Origin: the human T2T-CHM13v2.0 reference genome, Homo sapiens
Reading direction: 5' to 3' (one strand)
DNA: 64,000 nt
NCBI RefSeq assembly: GCF_009914755.1
Contig: NC_060947.1
Positions within the stretch are counted from its first letter, which is position 1. Each line of letters starts with the position of its first letter. The translations under genes were made by a program, and so were the position numbers. The notes below the pieces were generated by a model that saw only the letters and a list, made by a program, of their open reading frames with translations, made no database searches and was not told where the DNA came from. Of this stretch, positions 1 to 14,290 are shown one piece after another.

Positions 1-54
1 ATTTTTCTTGAAATAGTATACTGCCCAATATGATGCTTTTATTTACTCTAGCTT

Positions 55-538
55 AGTAGTGCTAAAACTTTAGCCTGCATCAGAATTAGCTAGGGAGCTG
101 GTTATACACAACTTGTTAGGCCTCAGCCCTGGAGTTTCTGATACCGTAGGTCTGGGGTAGAGTTTGGTAATTTGCTTTTTTTTTTTTTTTTTTTTTCTTT
201 TTGATACGGAGTCTTGCTCTGCCGCCCAGGCTGAAGTGCAGTGGTGCGATCTCGGCTCACTACAAGCTCCACCTCCCGGGTTCACGCCATTCTCCTGCCT
301 CAGCCGCCTGAGTAGCTGGGACCACAGGCGCCCACCACCACGCCTGGCTAATTTTTTTTTTTTTTTGTATTTTTTTAGTAGAGACGGGGTTTCACCGTGT
401 TAGCCAGGATGGTCTCAATCTCCTGACCTCATGATCCATCCACCCATGTAGGCCTCCCAAAGTGGGTACTTCGCTTTTTTGACAGGTTTCTAGGTGATGT
501 TGATGCTGCTGGTCTAGGAACCACACTTTGAGAACCCT
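55..538. mobile_element. MER5A-like hAT-Charlie fossil, split by an Alu
   Basis: Typical MER5A segments 'gcatcagaattagctagggag...gtttctga...gtaggtctggggt' before the Alu and 'ggtgatgttgatgctgctggtc...ccacactttgagaacc' after it. Confidence 0.75.
176..464 (-). mobile_element. Alu (AluY/Sc-like), slightly 5'-truncated
   Basis: Poly-T tail, Alu body with 'caagctcc...ttcacgccattctcc', stops at 'cccaaagtg'; degenerate TSD ggtaatttgctttt (166-179) / ggtacttcgctttt (465-478). Confidence 0.95.
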
Positions 539-1687
539 TGTCCGAGTTTCTCATAAGCAAATTTGAAACAAACAAAAAAAGCAACTTCAAAGGAATTCCT
601 CAACTTTTTTATAAATGCACTTACTATGGATGGTTACCTTTAGAAAATTTACAAGGAAAAATCTTGAAATTTTATGGGGATTGTTGAAAGAGGAACATTT
701 GTTTCATTCGATTTTTTTCCTCTCTAGCAACTTAAGGGATCCATACTTACGTCTGATGGTCATTTCTGGACTTACAAAGACAATACGATACAATTCTGTT
801 TGTGGTGAATAGACTTTCTGTATGATGAATGGGTATTAGTTTGAAAATGTGTCCCCTTTCTGCTGTATTGTGCCCCCTTCCCCACTAAAATCCTCAATGC
901 CATTTACCAATCTTTTCCTGAAGATTTCTTGTTATTGACAAGCAGAGGGAGATTGGACCGTGATTCAAATGAGGTTGACAAAAACCAGAAAGCATTTGAT
1001 TTCAAGACTCTAAATTTACCCAACGTTTTGTTCTGGGGATTTGGATATTTTGGTTATAATGGTCGTGATACTTCCTGACTCATCAGTCTTCTCAGCATTC
1101 TCATTTCCCTTACAACTCAATTGAAGGCTGGCCCCAGAGGAACTGGGGATCTGTCAAGTAGTGTTCATCTCCCTTCTCCTATAAAGGGAGATGACTGTAT
1201 AGTCAACTGAGCTGAATTCTGCTTCAGTGGAGAAGAAACAAATAAGGGAGAAGCAGTTCTGCCCATTAGAGGACATACCATAATACATTGTTGATGATGG
1301 AGCAGGGGGGATGCCTTTCTTTTTCTCTGAGAAAGAACAGACCAGTTTTGCTTTAATCACTTGTTTTATTGGCTCATTTTGAAGATGTATTGAATCATCT
1401 GATCATTACATTCACAATTATACTCTTAATGAACTATTTTTTCTCACTGTAGTTACACTGAACTTCTCCCAAAAATTCGATTGCTGTCTCCAGCTGAATA
1501 GACCTATTTTATTTTATGAAAAATTGGCACAAAATGCTTCTGTTCTTTTCTAGGGCAGAGTGGTTAATTTCATTTGAAATATACTTGGTTTTCTTATAAG
1601 AATCACTGTGTATACATATAAGTACATTTGCATAAAATACAACATTTAAAATAAAAGTATTGTTTAAGGTACTGTATTGTTTAAATT

Positions 1688-3510
<1,823 letters not shown>

Positions 3511-3537
3511 TTATATTTGTGTATTCTAGGATAGCTA

Positions 3538-3717
3538 GTGTGGTAGTTAGAATAATGACTCCCCAGAGATGTTCATGTGTTTATAGCTGGAGCTATGTTA
3601 CCTAGTATGGCAAAAAAAGAAAAGACTGTAGATGTGATTAAATTAAATGTTAGGGGATGGGATATGATCCTGGATTATCTGGGTGGGCCTGGTGCAGTCA
3701 CAATGGTTCTTATAAAG
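3538..3717 (+). mobile_element. MLT1-type MaLR LTR fragment
   Basis: 'tgtggtagttagaataatgactcccc...gatcctggattatctgggtgggcc' matches the MLT1 5' half and the copy at 6789. Confidence 0.7.
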
Positions 3718-3921
3718 TCTGACTCAGAAAAGGAACTCTAAGTAAAGCTTTGGTAATCAACATTATTACTGAACGCATGCTGAGTTTGAATAGGCTCTGC
3801 TGTGACTTTTAATTTTTTTGTACAACCCCAAAACATAAGTGATATTCTCTTATTGGTTTTGAGTATTGAGTCCTTATAAGAGTACATGAAAGGACAGTTC
3901 CTACCTCACTGCTGACTAGAA

Positions 3922-4091
3922 CAGTGGTTCTCAAATTTTAGTTTGCACTGGAATTACCTGGAGGGCTTGCTAAAAGACAAAAGTATCCGATTCAGAAAGT
4001 TGGGTGGGGCACAGAAATTTGCATTTCTAAGTTTTCCAGGTGTGGGTTTGTGAATGAGTGGAATGGGTAATCTACTCGTGAGCACTACTGG
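3922..4091. mobile_element. MER5A-like hAT fossil
   Basis: 'cagtggttctcaaatttt...gaattacctggagggcttgctaaaa...tttgcatttctaa...gagcactactg'. Confidence 0.75.
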
Positions 4092-4460
4092 CCCAGAAGA
4101 AGGTTTCATAATCTTTGAAGGAAATGAAAAAAAAATCTACTTTAGGCTTATTGATCAAATTAACAACAAATCAATCTCTCTCTCTCTCTCAAGATTTCAC
4201 TAATCCTTGTATTTCAGGCCCTTTGTTGATCATCTCATTGAATAAGCCATGTTACATTGGATAGCATCACATATAAGGATGGTTGTCAGTGCAATGAGAA
4301 CTACTGTCAAAAAAAAAAATTGAGGAACAATGTTTTATATAAAGCACCTCTGAAAACCTGCAGATATAACGAATATTTATTATTAAATATTTTTAATCCT
4401 TTTTCATCCTTTTGAGATTAGTAAGACTCAAGTACTTCTCTATTTTCAAGAAGAAACTCA

Positions 4461-4879
<419 letters not shown>

Positions 4880-5199
4880 TAATTCCTTTTTCATACTTTG
4901 CTACATTGCTAAGAATGTAAACATTACAGTGACGTTTTAGATTCCTGTATCTTTATCTGTATGTACATGTGTGTGCAATACATGCTCAAGTATGTCTGTG
5001 TATATATCAAATTGTTTCTGTGAAACAAAGAAACGGAGGGGTGGTGAGAGTTGAATTGATTCTTGGAAAATGCATCCATGCTTTTGTGTTTCCTTCTTTT
5101 GATAAATATAATTACTTTAAAATAAAACCTTCTATATTGTCTTTCCACTGTGTGAACTATTTAAAATTCCCAAAGAAAGAGTTTAAGGAACATGTGATC

Positions 5200-5380
5200 T
5201 GACTGAGTTGCTAACATGTGACCTGGAGGAGTTTACCTGGCCTCTTTTAGTCTCAATTTTCTCATCTGTAGTGAAAACAATAATAGTCTCATCCTAGGTT
5301 TCTGATGAGGATTATATAATATAGTACTTGGAAGGTTTTTAGCACACCATGTGTTCATTAATAATTACTTATTAGTATTC
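5200..5380 (+). mobile_element. MIR remnant
   Basis: Core 'gtgacctgg...tctcaattttctcatctgta...gatgaggatta...ttagcaca'. Confidence 0.6.
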
Positions 5381-5992
5381 TCAGCTATTTAATACTATAT
5401 TCTCACTACTCCTATTTGCAAAATAGCACTGTTAGGTCTCCATGGAGCTCTGAATAAATCTTTTGACCATAAGAACATTATGATTCAGCATCTAAACCTA
5501 TAATTTTTTACATGCTAATAGTCTAGGTATTACTGTTTGAAATACATTATGTTAAGCATCTGACCTCTTCCTTGTACTTTGAATACCTTGATCATTTCAG
5601 CTAAAGTTCACTGATGGGGCAAACTTTAGAAAGAATTAGGTAGAAGCATTCACTGACTAATTCAGTCAAGGAACAATTCTAGAATTCCTACTATGTACCA
5701 CATACTCTTTTTTAGAGATACAGCAGTGAACCAAACATACCAAAAATTATGCCCCTGTGGTATTTATATTCTAGTGGAGTGATTGCTCTCAAAATTGCAT
5801 AAAATAAAGGATGGCAATTATATTTATATAACTGCTAATTCAACTTTATCCATGTTTCAGATTTTCAAGAAATGCTCCTTTTTAAATTATCATAATAAAG
5901 CAGATGCAACTGAAGACCATTTACGTTCATTTTTACAATTCATCTAGACTCATAAGCACTAATAATAAATAATCTCTAAGTCATTGAAATAT

Positions 5993-6320
5993 TGTCATTT
6001 ATAGTAAGTATGTATTTGGTCTTTTTCTCCATTTCTTGGCAAACAACTGCTAAAGCCCATGGAATCTCCAAAGTAGTGTCTTTGTGTGTAATAATGAGAT
6101 GACTGATGGCTCTGGCCTCTTAGATAGCTTTAAGATGGAGGGCGGTTGCCAGGGGAACCAACCATGTTATTAGAGAGTTGGAACTTTTAGCCTTGCCCCC
6201 CCCACCCCATGCCTTCCCTGACCTCTGGTAGAGGAGAAGGGCTGAAGGTTGACTTGATCACTGATAGCCAGTGATTTAATCAATCATGCCTATGTAATGA
6301 AGCCTTCATAAAACCCCACA
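5993..6320. mobile_element. LTR fragment, MER21-like
   Basis: 'aatgagatgactgatggc...tagatagctt...gggctgaaggttgacttgatca...gatttaatcaatcatgcctatgtaatgaagcc' recalled as MER21-family sequence; subfamily uncertain. Confidence 0.6.
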
Positions 6321-6788
6321 ATTCTTATGGAAACAGAAAAACTGAATCTGGCACTCTGCTTTACTAGACTAACTCCTGGGCTTTTCCATTCTGTAGCATC
6401 CAAAGGAAAAAATAAGTTTTGTGTTGGTTGATTTGCAGACAGGTGTGTAGCACTAATGACTGCATTCCAGAAGTGGCAGAGCTAAGGTGATTTGATTTTC
6501 TAAAATGGTAAAAAAGCCTTTGTAAAATTGCAAAGAAAACAAACCAAAATCTTCCTTTGGATTGCACATAGTTGAATTGCTAGAGAAATCAATTACATTA
6601 AACTTTGAAAAAAGATTTTACATGTTTATATTACGTGGAGTTAAATTACACGCTCATGTACTTAGTTTTTTTTTTTTTTCACCTTTGTCAATGTCTAAAG
6701 AGGCATCCCAAAGTCACAAAAATTGTGAAACATTGTTTTGTCATTTGGTAACGGCCAGCATATGACAAAATTTGTAACATATGTGCCC

Positions 6789-7232
6789 TGTGGTAGGCAC
6801 AATAATGGCCTTCCCAAAGACATTCATATCCTGATTTTTGGAACCTGTGAATATGTTAGCATACATGGCAAAAGGAACTTTGCAGATATGATTAAATAAA
6901 GATCTTGAGATGGGGAGATTGCCCTAGATTATCCAGGTGGACTCAGTGTATTCACAGGGTCTTTATAAGAGGGAGGCAGGAGAGTTAGAGTCAGAGAGGA
7001 TGAGATAGAAGCAGAATTTGAAGTGATGCGGGACCATGAGACAAGGAATATAGGCAGCCTTTAGAAGCTGAAAAAGGCAAACAGAAGGGATTCTTCCTTA
7101 GAGCCTCCAGAAGGAAAGCATTCCTGCTTACCCATTTTAGACTTCTCACTTCCAGAAATATAATAAATTTTTGTAGTTTTAAGGCACTAAGTTTTGGTTA
7201 CTTGTTTACAGCAGCAATAGGAGATTAATTCA
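6789..7232 (+). mobile_element. MLT1C/D-like solo MaLR LTR
   Basis: TG...CA ends, 'cctagattatccaggtgg', 'agagcctccagaagga', 'cagcagcaatagg'; 5-bp TSD tgccc/tgtcc. Confidence 0.88.
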
Positions 7233-7687
7233 TGTCCCAAGTACTTAAGGCCAGTATTGTCTTCCAATGAATGTGACGTCAAAAAAAGAAACCAAATATT
7301 TCTATACTGTTTCCTGTGGAGATGTACTACTCTGATTTTTTCCCTCTTCTCCATCCCTGCAGATGCTGACTGAGTTCGCTCTGATCATCTCCCATCTGAA
7401 TCAATATAGCTTTCTAGAATTTTCCCATTCTTCAAACTTGCATCCCTCCAATCCAGCCCCCCACCATTTGATTGTTCAAACATTTTTTGTCAAACCTAAA
7501 TCCTGTTATTTCTCTGCCTAAGCATCCTTATGGTCTCCTATGTTTCTGTGGAATAAAGTGCAAGCAGGTGACTTTGACTGACAAACCCCTCCATGATCTA
7601 CATCTTGATTGCCTTTTCAGTCATCTCCCTCATCACATACTCATCTCTATACCCTGTGGTACAAACTGTCATCCCCAGTACAGATGA

Positions 7688-8093
<406 letters not shown>

Positions 8094-8209
8094 TAAAAAC
8101 AAAACAAAACTTTTTCTTGTTTTTAGGACGTTTGCTCAAAGAAGCTTTGTGTTATTCCTCTAGTTAGAACTGACCATGTTCTTCTTTAGGAACCCATTTC
8201 AACGTGTAT

Positions 8210-8257
8210 ATACTTCTATTATAAAATATACACATACTTCTATTATAAAATATACAC
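8210..8257. repeat. Perfect 24-bp tandem duplication
   Basis: atacttctattataaaatatacac x2. Confidence 0.95.
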
Positions 8258-8578
8258 CGTCATCCTGACTTGTTTGCGTTTCCATTTCTCATTTCTAGCC
8301 CATGAGTGCCTAGGTGGCAGGAATGATGTTTTATTAGTCTCTGTGTTCCCAGCAACGAATATAGTATTTCAGAGAGTAGTAGGGTGCCTAATAAAGGCTT
8401 GATGAGTGAATTAAATTAACCAGTGCTCACCTGAGGACATATGACATTTGATGAAAATTATACATTGATTTCAGCTGTAAGAAATGATATTTAAATTATT
8501 ATCCAGCCAAGGTTTGTTTTCTTCAACGCATCACTTAACATGCCCCTGTAGAATGCCATTGAGCCACTTAAATTATGT

Positions 8579-8890
8579 ATTTTTGTTTGTTTGTTTGTTT
8601 TCTTTTTTGAGACAGAGACTATCTCTGTCGCCCAGGCTGGAGCACAGAGGCTTGATCTGGGCTCACTGCAACCTCTGCCTCCCGGATTCAAGTGATTCTC
8701 CTGCCTCGGACTCCTGAGTAGCTGGGCCTACAGGCTCATGCCACCACACATGGCTACTTTTTGTATTTTTAGTAGAGATGGGGTTTCACCATGTTGGCCA
8801 GGCTGGTCTCGAACTCCTGACCTCAAGTCATCTGCCTGCCTCGGCTTCCCAAAGTGCTAGGATTGCAAGCATGAGCCACCGCACCCACCC
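8579..8890 (-). mobile_element. Alu (AluSx/Sz-like)
   Basis: Full dimer, (TTTG)n tail, TSD attatgtatt. Confidence 0.97.
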
Positions 8891-9429
8891 ACATTATGTA
8901 TTCTTCATTGAGACTGTGTTCCTATTCTTTTTTCCCCGGATTTCTTGATGAGCATTTTGTGAAAGCACAAGTAAAATAATGTTCTCAAGTCAAAACAAAT
9001 TAAATAAATCAATTCCTATTAGTACACTGGACTTGTCATAGAGGACAATTTTGTGAGTCTATATGAGATGTACTGTGTTGTTCCTAAAGCCATGATGATT
9101 TCTGTTATTCCATAGAAGTCTAATAAAGCATTCACAGAGTAAATTGTACAGTGTTAAAAACCTGCCATCTTTATCACTTTCAGTAACACCTTCTAAATGA
9201 TCGTGAGTAATTTGTGATTTTAAAAATTATATTTTTAGGTATCAAAGCAATAATGAAAGCTTTTTGTCAAGTGAATCACTAAGTAAAAGTTTGCATTTAT
9301 CATTCATGTAATTACAGAATATTCAATTGACTGGAAACATTCCTTAACACTTTCTTCTTAAATAAGCATGGTGGTAAATTTCCAATGATGTCTATATTCT
9401 TACGTTTTGTTTTTTCACAGAGGATCTTA

Positions 9430-9645
9430 ATGGCATGGATTCCTAACCTGACTTTATATTGCTATATGACTTTGGGGAAATTACTTACCCATGCTAGGCC
9501 TCTGCTTCTCTAACTCTAAAATGAGAATAATAATGTTGATAATTTCAGGAGGTTGTTGTGAATATCAAATGAAAATGCCAGTAAAGCACTTACCGCAATG
9601 CCTGGCTCAAAGTAAACGCTTGATCAAGATTAGCTATAAATATCA
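9430..9645 (+). mobile_element. MIR remnant
   Basis: 'tatgactttggggaaattactta...taaaatgagaataataa...ggttgttgtgaatatcaaatga...aaagcactta...atgcctggc'. Confidence 0.75.
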
Positions 9646-10960
9646 TTACTAGTTGTGGATACCTGTGCTTTATTTGTTTATGACATAATGCTCTTCATTT
9701 AGGAGGCACTCTATGAGTGCTGTTGACTCCATGATACTCCAAGTCATAAAACATAATTAAACTACAAACCTGGATGTCAAGGTGATTTACAATGTAACAG
9801 AGATATGATAAATCTACAACTAATTATAAGGAAGTATATGATTAATTGCTTGAGAAGGTCAAATGTGTAATAGGTTTATAAAGAAAGCAGAAATGACATT
9901 TTTAGCTGGGCTCAGGTATCATGGTGTCACAGCAGCAAAAAAAAAGGCTCCATTTAAGCATTTAAGAATGGGTCTAATTTTGACAAAGGAAATAAAGAGG
10001 TATTCTAGGCAAGGGGCAGCAAATGACTAAGAAGAAGGAGGAGAGTGGAAATACTTAAATAAAGCAAATAGTTTTAGTTTTACTTCAGTCACCCTACTAT
10101 TAGTTTGAGAATTTTTATTACCTTTATCTCTAAATAAAACTCACTGTTAATAGGTGTTTACATAACAGCCTGTAATAAGCTTTTAATATTTGTTTTCATG
10201 TTGATGTGTGAAGGTTTTTTTATTCATAAAAATTATGACACATACAAAATATAGTGTTGCTATAAAAATGAATGATGATCATACCAATTTTTTAAACAGC
10301 TAGATACATGCAGCAGAGTTGAAAGCAAATAACAAAAATTCTGGTATGAAAAATGATGTAATTGGCCTCATAAGTCTTCTTTGTGACCAACTTGGACAGT
10401 TGCTCTGGCTGATACAATTCGTTTTGCTATAATCAACTATTAGGATGCCAGAAATGAGTTTGACACCTTGAGTACAATCCTTTAGTCCAGTTTTGAAAAA
10501 GGCTAGGAACTCTGCAATAGTAAAAATATTAAAAAGTCAGTTTAGGTTGAGAAACCCTTGATTTAAAAGACTTTTATTTGCAACAATGGCCTAGTAGAAA
10601 GGAAAGAAAGATAGAATATAAGAAAAAGGAGGAGGAAAGACAAGTATATTTGTAATCTTGTTCCCATAGTTGTGGCATTAAGTTACCACGGTTGCAGGAA
10701 AAAGAAAATTCATCTCTAAACTGATCTAAGGTAGGACTGGAGTGTCATATCTTTAATACATATTTCTGTTATTACTAATAATTATAATGATAATAATAGG
10801 TATTTACTTATTGACTAGTATATGACAGATATTCTATGTGGTGTTTGTGTACATAATTTATAATGCAAGAGAAATTTTTAAAAAGGTATGTACATTTCAT
10901 AGGTAAGGAAGTCAAGGTTTAATGAATAAGTGACAAAATCAGCATTTGAAATTTTTTCTG

Positions 10961-11230
10961 CAGAAAAGTAAATACCACATATTCTCACTTATAAGTGGGA
11001 GCTGAATTATGAGAACACATGAACACATGGAGGGGAACACCACACACTCGAGCCTGTTGGAGTTGGGGGGGAGGGAGAGCATCAGGAAGAATAGCTAATA
11101 GATGTTGGTCTTAATACCTAGGTGATGGGATGATCTGTGCAGCAAACCACCATCTACCTATGTAACAAACCTGCACATCCTGCATATGTATCCCTGAACT
11201 TAAAAGTTGGAAATCCAAAATAAAAATAAA
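10961..11230 (+). mobile_element. L1PA 3'-end fragment inserted in a MIR
   Basis: 'ttctcacttataagtgggagctgaa...taacaaacctgcacatcctgcatatgtatccctgaacttaaa' plus A-rich tail. Confidence 0.92.
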
Positions 11231-11393
11231 GAAACTTGTTCTGTATAACAACAAAGTATTTAGCCATTCCTCTGTTCTAGACTTGGTCTAGAAGGGTCTT
11301 GCATGATGTTTGGCTTATAAATTGAGGAGCAAATGAATATTTTATGAAAACATTTACTAATCCTCAGAATCTTCTGCCAAGAATTATGACATG

Positions 11394-11798
11394 TGTAAGA
11401 CTTGACCCTACTTGAAAGCTAACAAGGTAGCTTGCCACAGGTTCATGAATACTGGCACAAAAGACACAGAGTTTTGGGACAGAGGCAAATGGCCTTATTA
11501 CTCATGGCAATAAAAACTCCCCAAACCCCAATTCTGAGGGTGTGGCATGAAAAAGGTCAGATGACGCCTGTTTGTACTGTGAGTTGCATTATAGGATAGG
11601 AACCCTGAGTATAGGGAAGGTAAATCTTTATACTGGACAGTAAGCATGCATGCCCATTGCTCTGAAAGGAGACACTGTCTTCATCTTCCAAGGCCGTTCA
11701 CAATGCAAACATCTTTTAAAACATCATCTGCACCAAAGTACCTCTACTTGCAAGACTTAAAAAAATGTGAGCAATTCAAGAAGAATTTTCTCCTAACA
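11394..11798. mobile_element. Old ERVL-type solo LTR (LTR41-like)
   Basis: TG...CA ends; 'gctaacaaggtagcttgccacaggttcatg...ttattactcatggca'; loosely similar to 40747-41259; family name from memory. Confidence 0.55.
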
Positions 11799-12665
11799 CC
11801 TTTCATTTACACAAATGTATTCTTAGGCACATGGAACCAATCTATCCCGTTTTCACCCCTTACTCCCCTATCCTCATACTCTTCTGCTTTAACTGTTATT
11901 TAGATTCCACCATGCTGCCATAGGAGAGACTCTAGCTGTAATACATTCAAACTGACATTGACCAGCCTGAAACTGGAAGGAAACCATATACTTATTTGGC
12001 ACAAGGGAACTTGGCTAACTCTGAAAAGCTGGTCTAAACTGCCCTCTAGAGCTCTACTCTACCAATTAGTGCCAAATCTAACCAATTACATGCAGTTCCC
12101 ATGCATATTCCTCTCTTTGTAAATGAAAAGTAAGAGCTAAGTAAGCAGTGGGTCACCCAGCTTCTGGCTAAACTAGAATAGCTTGCTTCCCCAGGAGCCT
12201 GCAATACTTACAGCCTCAACCATGTGGTTAAAATCATTCTCCTTCCACAGACTACTCCTCTGTGTCTTTACAATGAACTTCCATCCCTTTAAGCAATCTC
12301 TGCATGTCTCTTCCTTTGTGACTCTGAGAAATTTGACTGGCAGGATAGGACTATATTTATCTTCCTAATTTTAAAAGCATTTAATTACCAATAATTACCA
12401 CCAATGTGATTTTTTCCCCTAGTGCACATTAAAAATTTTGAATCCCATTTTCTGTAATAATTTAAGTTGATCTGGAGGGACAGAGAGTAATTAATTATCT
12501 ATAATTTCTCAAACTGTAAATGCTGAATTTATTGAAGTGAAACAAATCCAGGGTAGAATAAGGCTGAAATAAATAGGATTGCATGAGAAAGAAGGATGCA
12601 GCAAAATTAAATATTTTTTCAAAATTGAAAGAGCTTAAAGCTCTTAAGTACTGTAGTTGGGTTAA

Positions 12666-12971
<306 letters not shown>

Positions 12972-14039
12972 CACTATTTTAATCAGTATGTCAGGTCATG
13001 TCTCCTAAAGCCCTTTTTAAACAAAAATTGAGTGTTTATTGCTTGCAAAATGTTTTTACTGTAATGAGTTTAATATACAACTGTGAGCCATAAGAAGGGA
13101 ACAATTGAGAATTGTGTTGTTTTTGTTTTTTGTTTTTCCACTGTGGTTCTTTAATAATTGGTATAGTTTAGATAGTACGTGTTTTTTATTTGCCAAATAT
13201 GTAAACGTTCTTATGAGCTTCTTTACAGAACGTCTTCAGTGTGAATAAGAATAAAGCAGAATATAAGATGTGTCTGTGCATTTTGCAACGTATTGCCATT
13301 TAAAGGGCATGGATTTTGGACTCAATCACACTTAAGTGTTATAAGCTCTGAATGTATTAATGATATGATTTTGGACAAGATATTTAACCTCTCTGATACT
13401 ATTTTCATTATCTCTAAGCTGGTGATAATATTTATGTTGCAAATCTCTTGTGAGGGCATTATGGAATAAATTATAAAGATATCTAAATCAGTGTCTAGAA
13501 CTCTTTAAATGTTATCTTCATTTCCCCCTCTTTTTCCTAGTTTTTCTTGTTCCCTTATGTTCCCTAATTATCTTAATATCTAATTCTTCCTGTTATATAA
13601 GTTCTCAGAAGAATTATATATTCATATAAAGTAAGTGTTCACCTGTTTTCAGTAATTTCATTATCTCCCATTTGAGAAATTAGAATTATTTCATTACTGC
13701 TGGTAAATATGAAAAGAACAAGAAGAAGAGGGAAAATATTATATATTTTCCTACCCAACTTTTTCCTAAAGCTTAGCACTAAAAGCTCAATTTTTATATA
13801 TACGTTCATAAATTACTTGAATCATTCAAAAGTTGTCTGGGATAATGTGTGATTCATATTTTATATCTCTACTCTGGCACTATCAGATCTGTATATCAGG
13901 AAATGTACTTTGAAAACTCTAGATCTTTATACCACAAACACAAGGCATTACTATTGATAATAATATAATCCAGTTATGGGCCACACATTGTATGAGGCAT
14001 TAGAAGAAGTATGACGTGAATGGCATGTTGGGTCATGGT

Positions 14040-14290
14040 TTAAGAGATAAGTGGTTTAGAGCATGGACCTTGAAGTTAGGCAGATCTTGTTTCAATCCTG
14101 ACTATCACTCACTGTTTGAACTTAGACATATCATCTAAACTCTCCAAGCCTCAGTTTCCTCATCTCTAAGATGTGACTAATACTTACTACCTTACAGTAT
14201 CATTGTAGGATACGATAATGTATGCAAAGTGTGATGTATACTGACTAGTACTTAATGCAAATTTAATAAATGGTAATTATTAGTACTATT
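14040..14290 (+). mobile_element. MIR remnant
   Basis: 'gtggtttagagcatggacc...ctctccaagcctcagtttcctcatct...gataatgtatgcaaagtg'. Confidence 0.75.
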
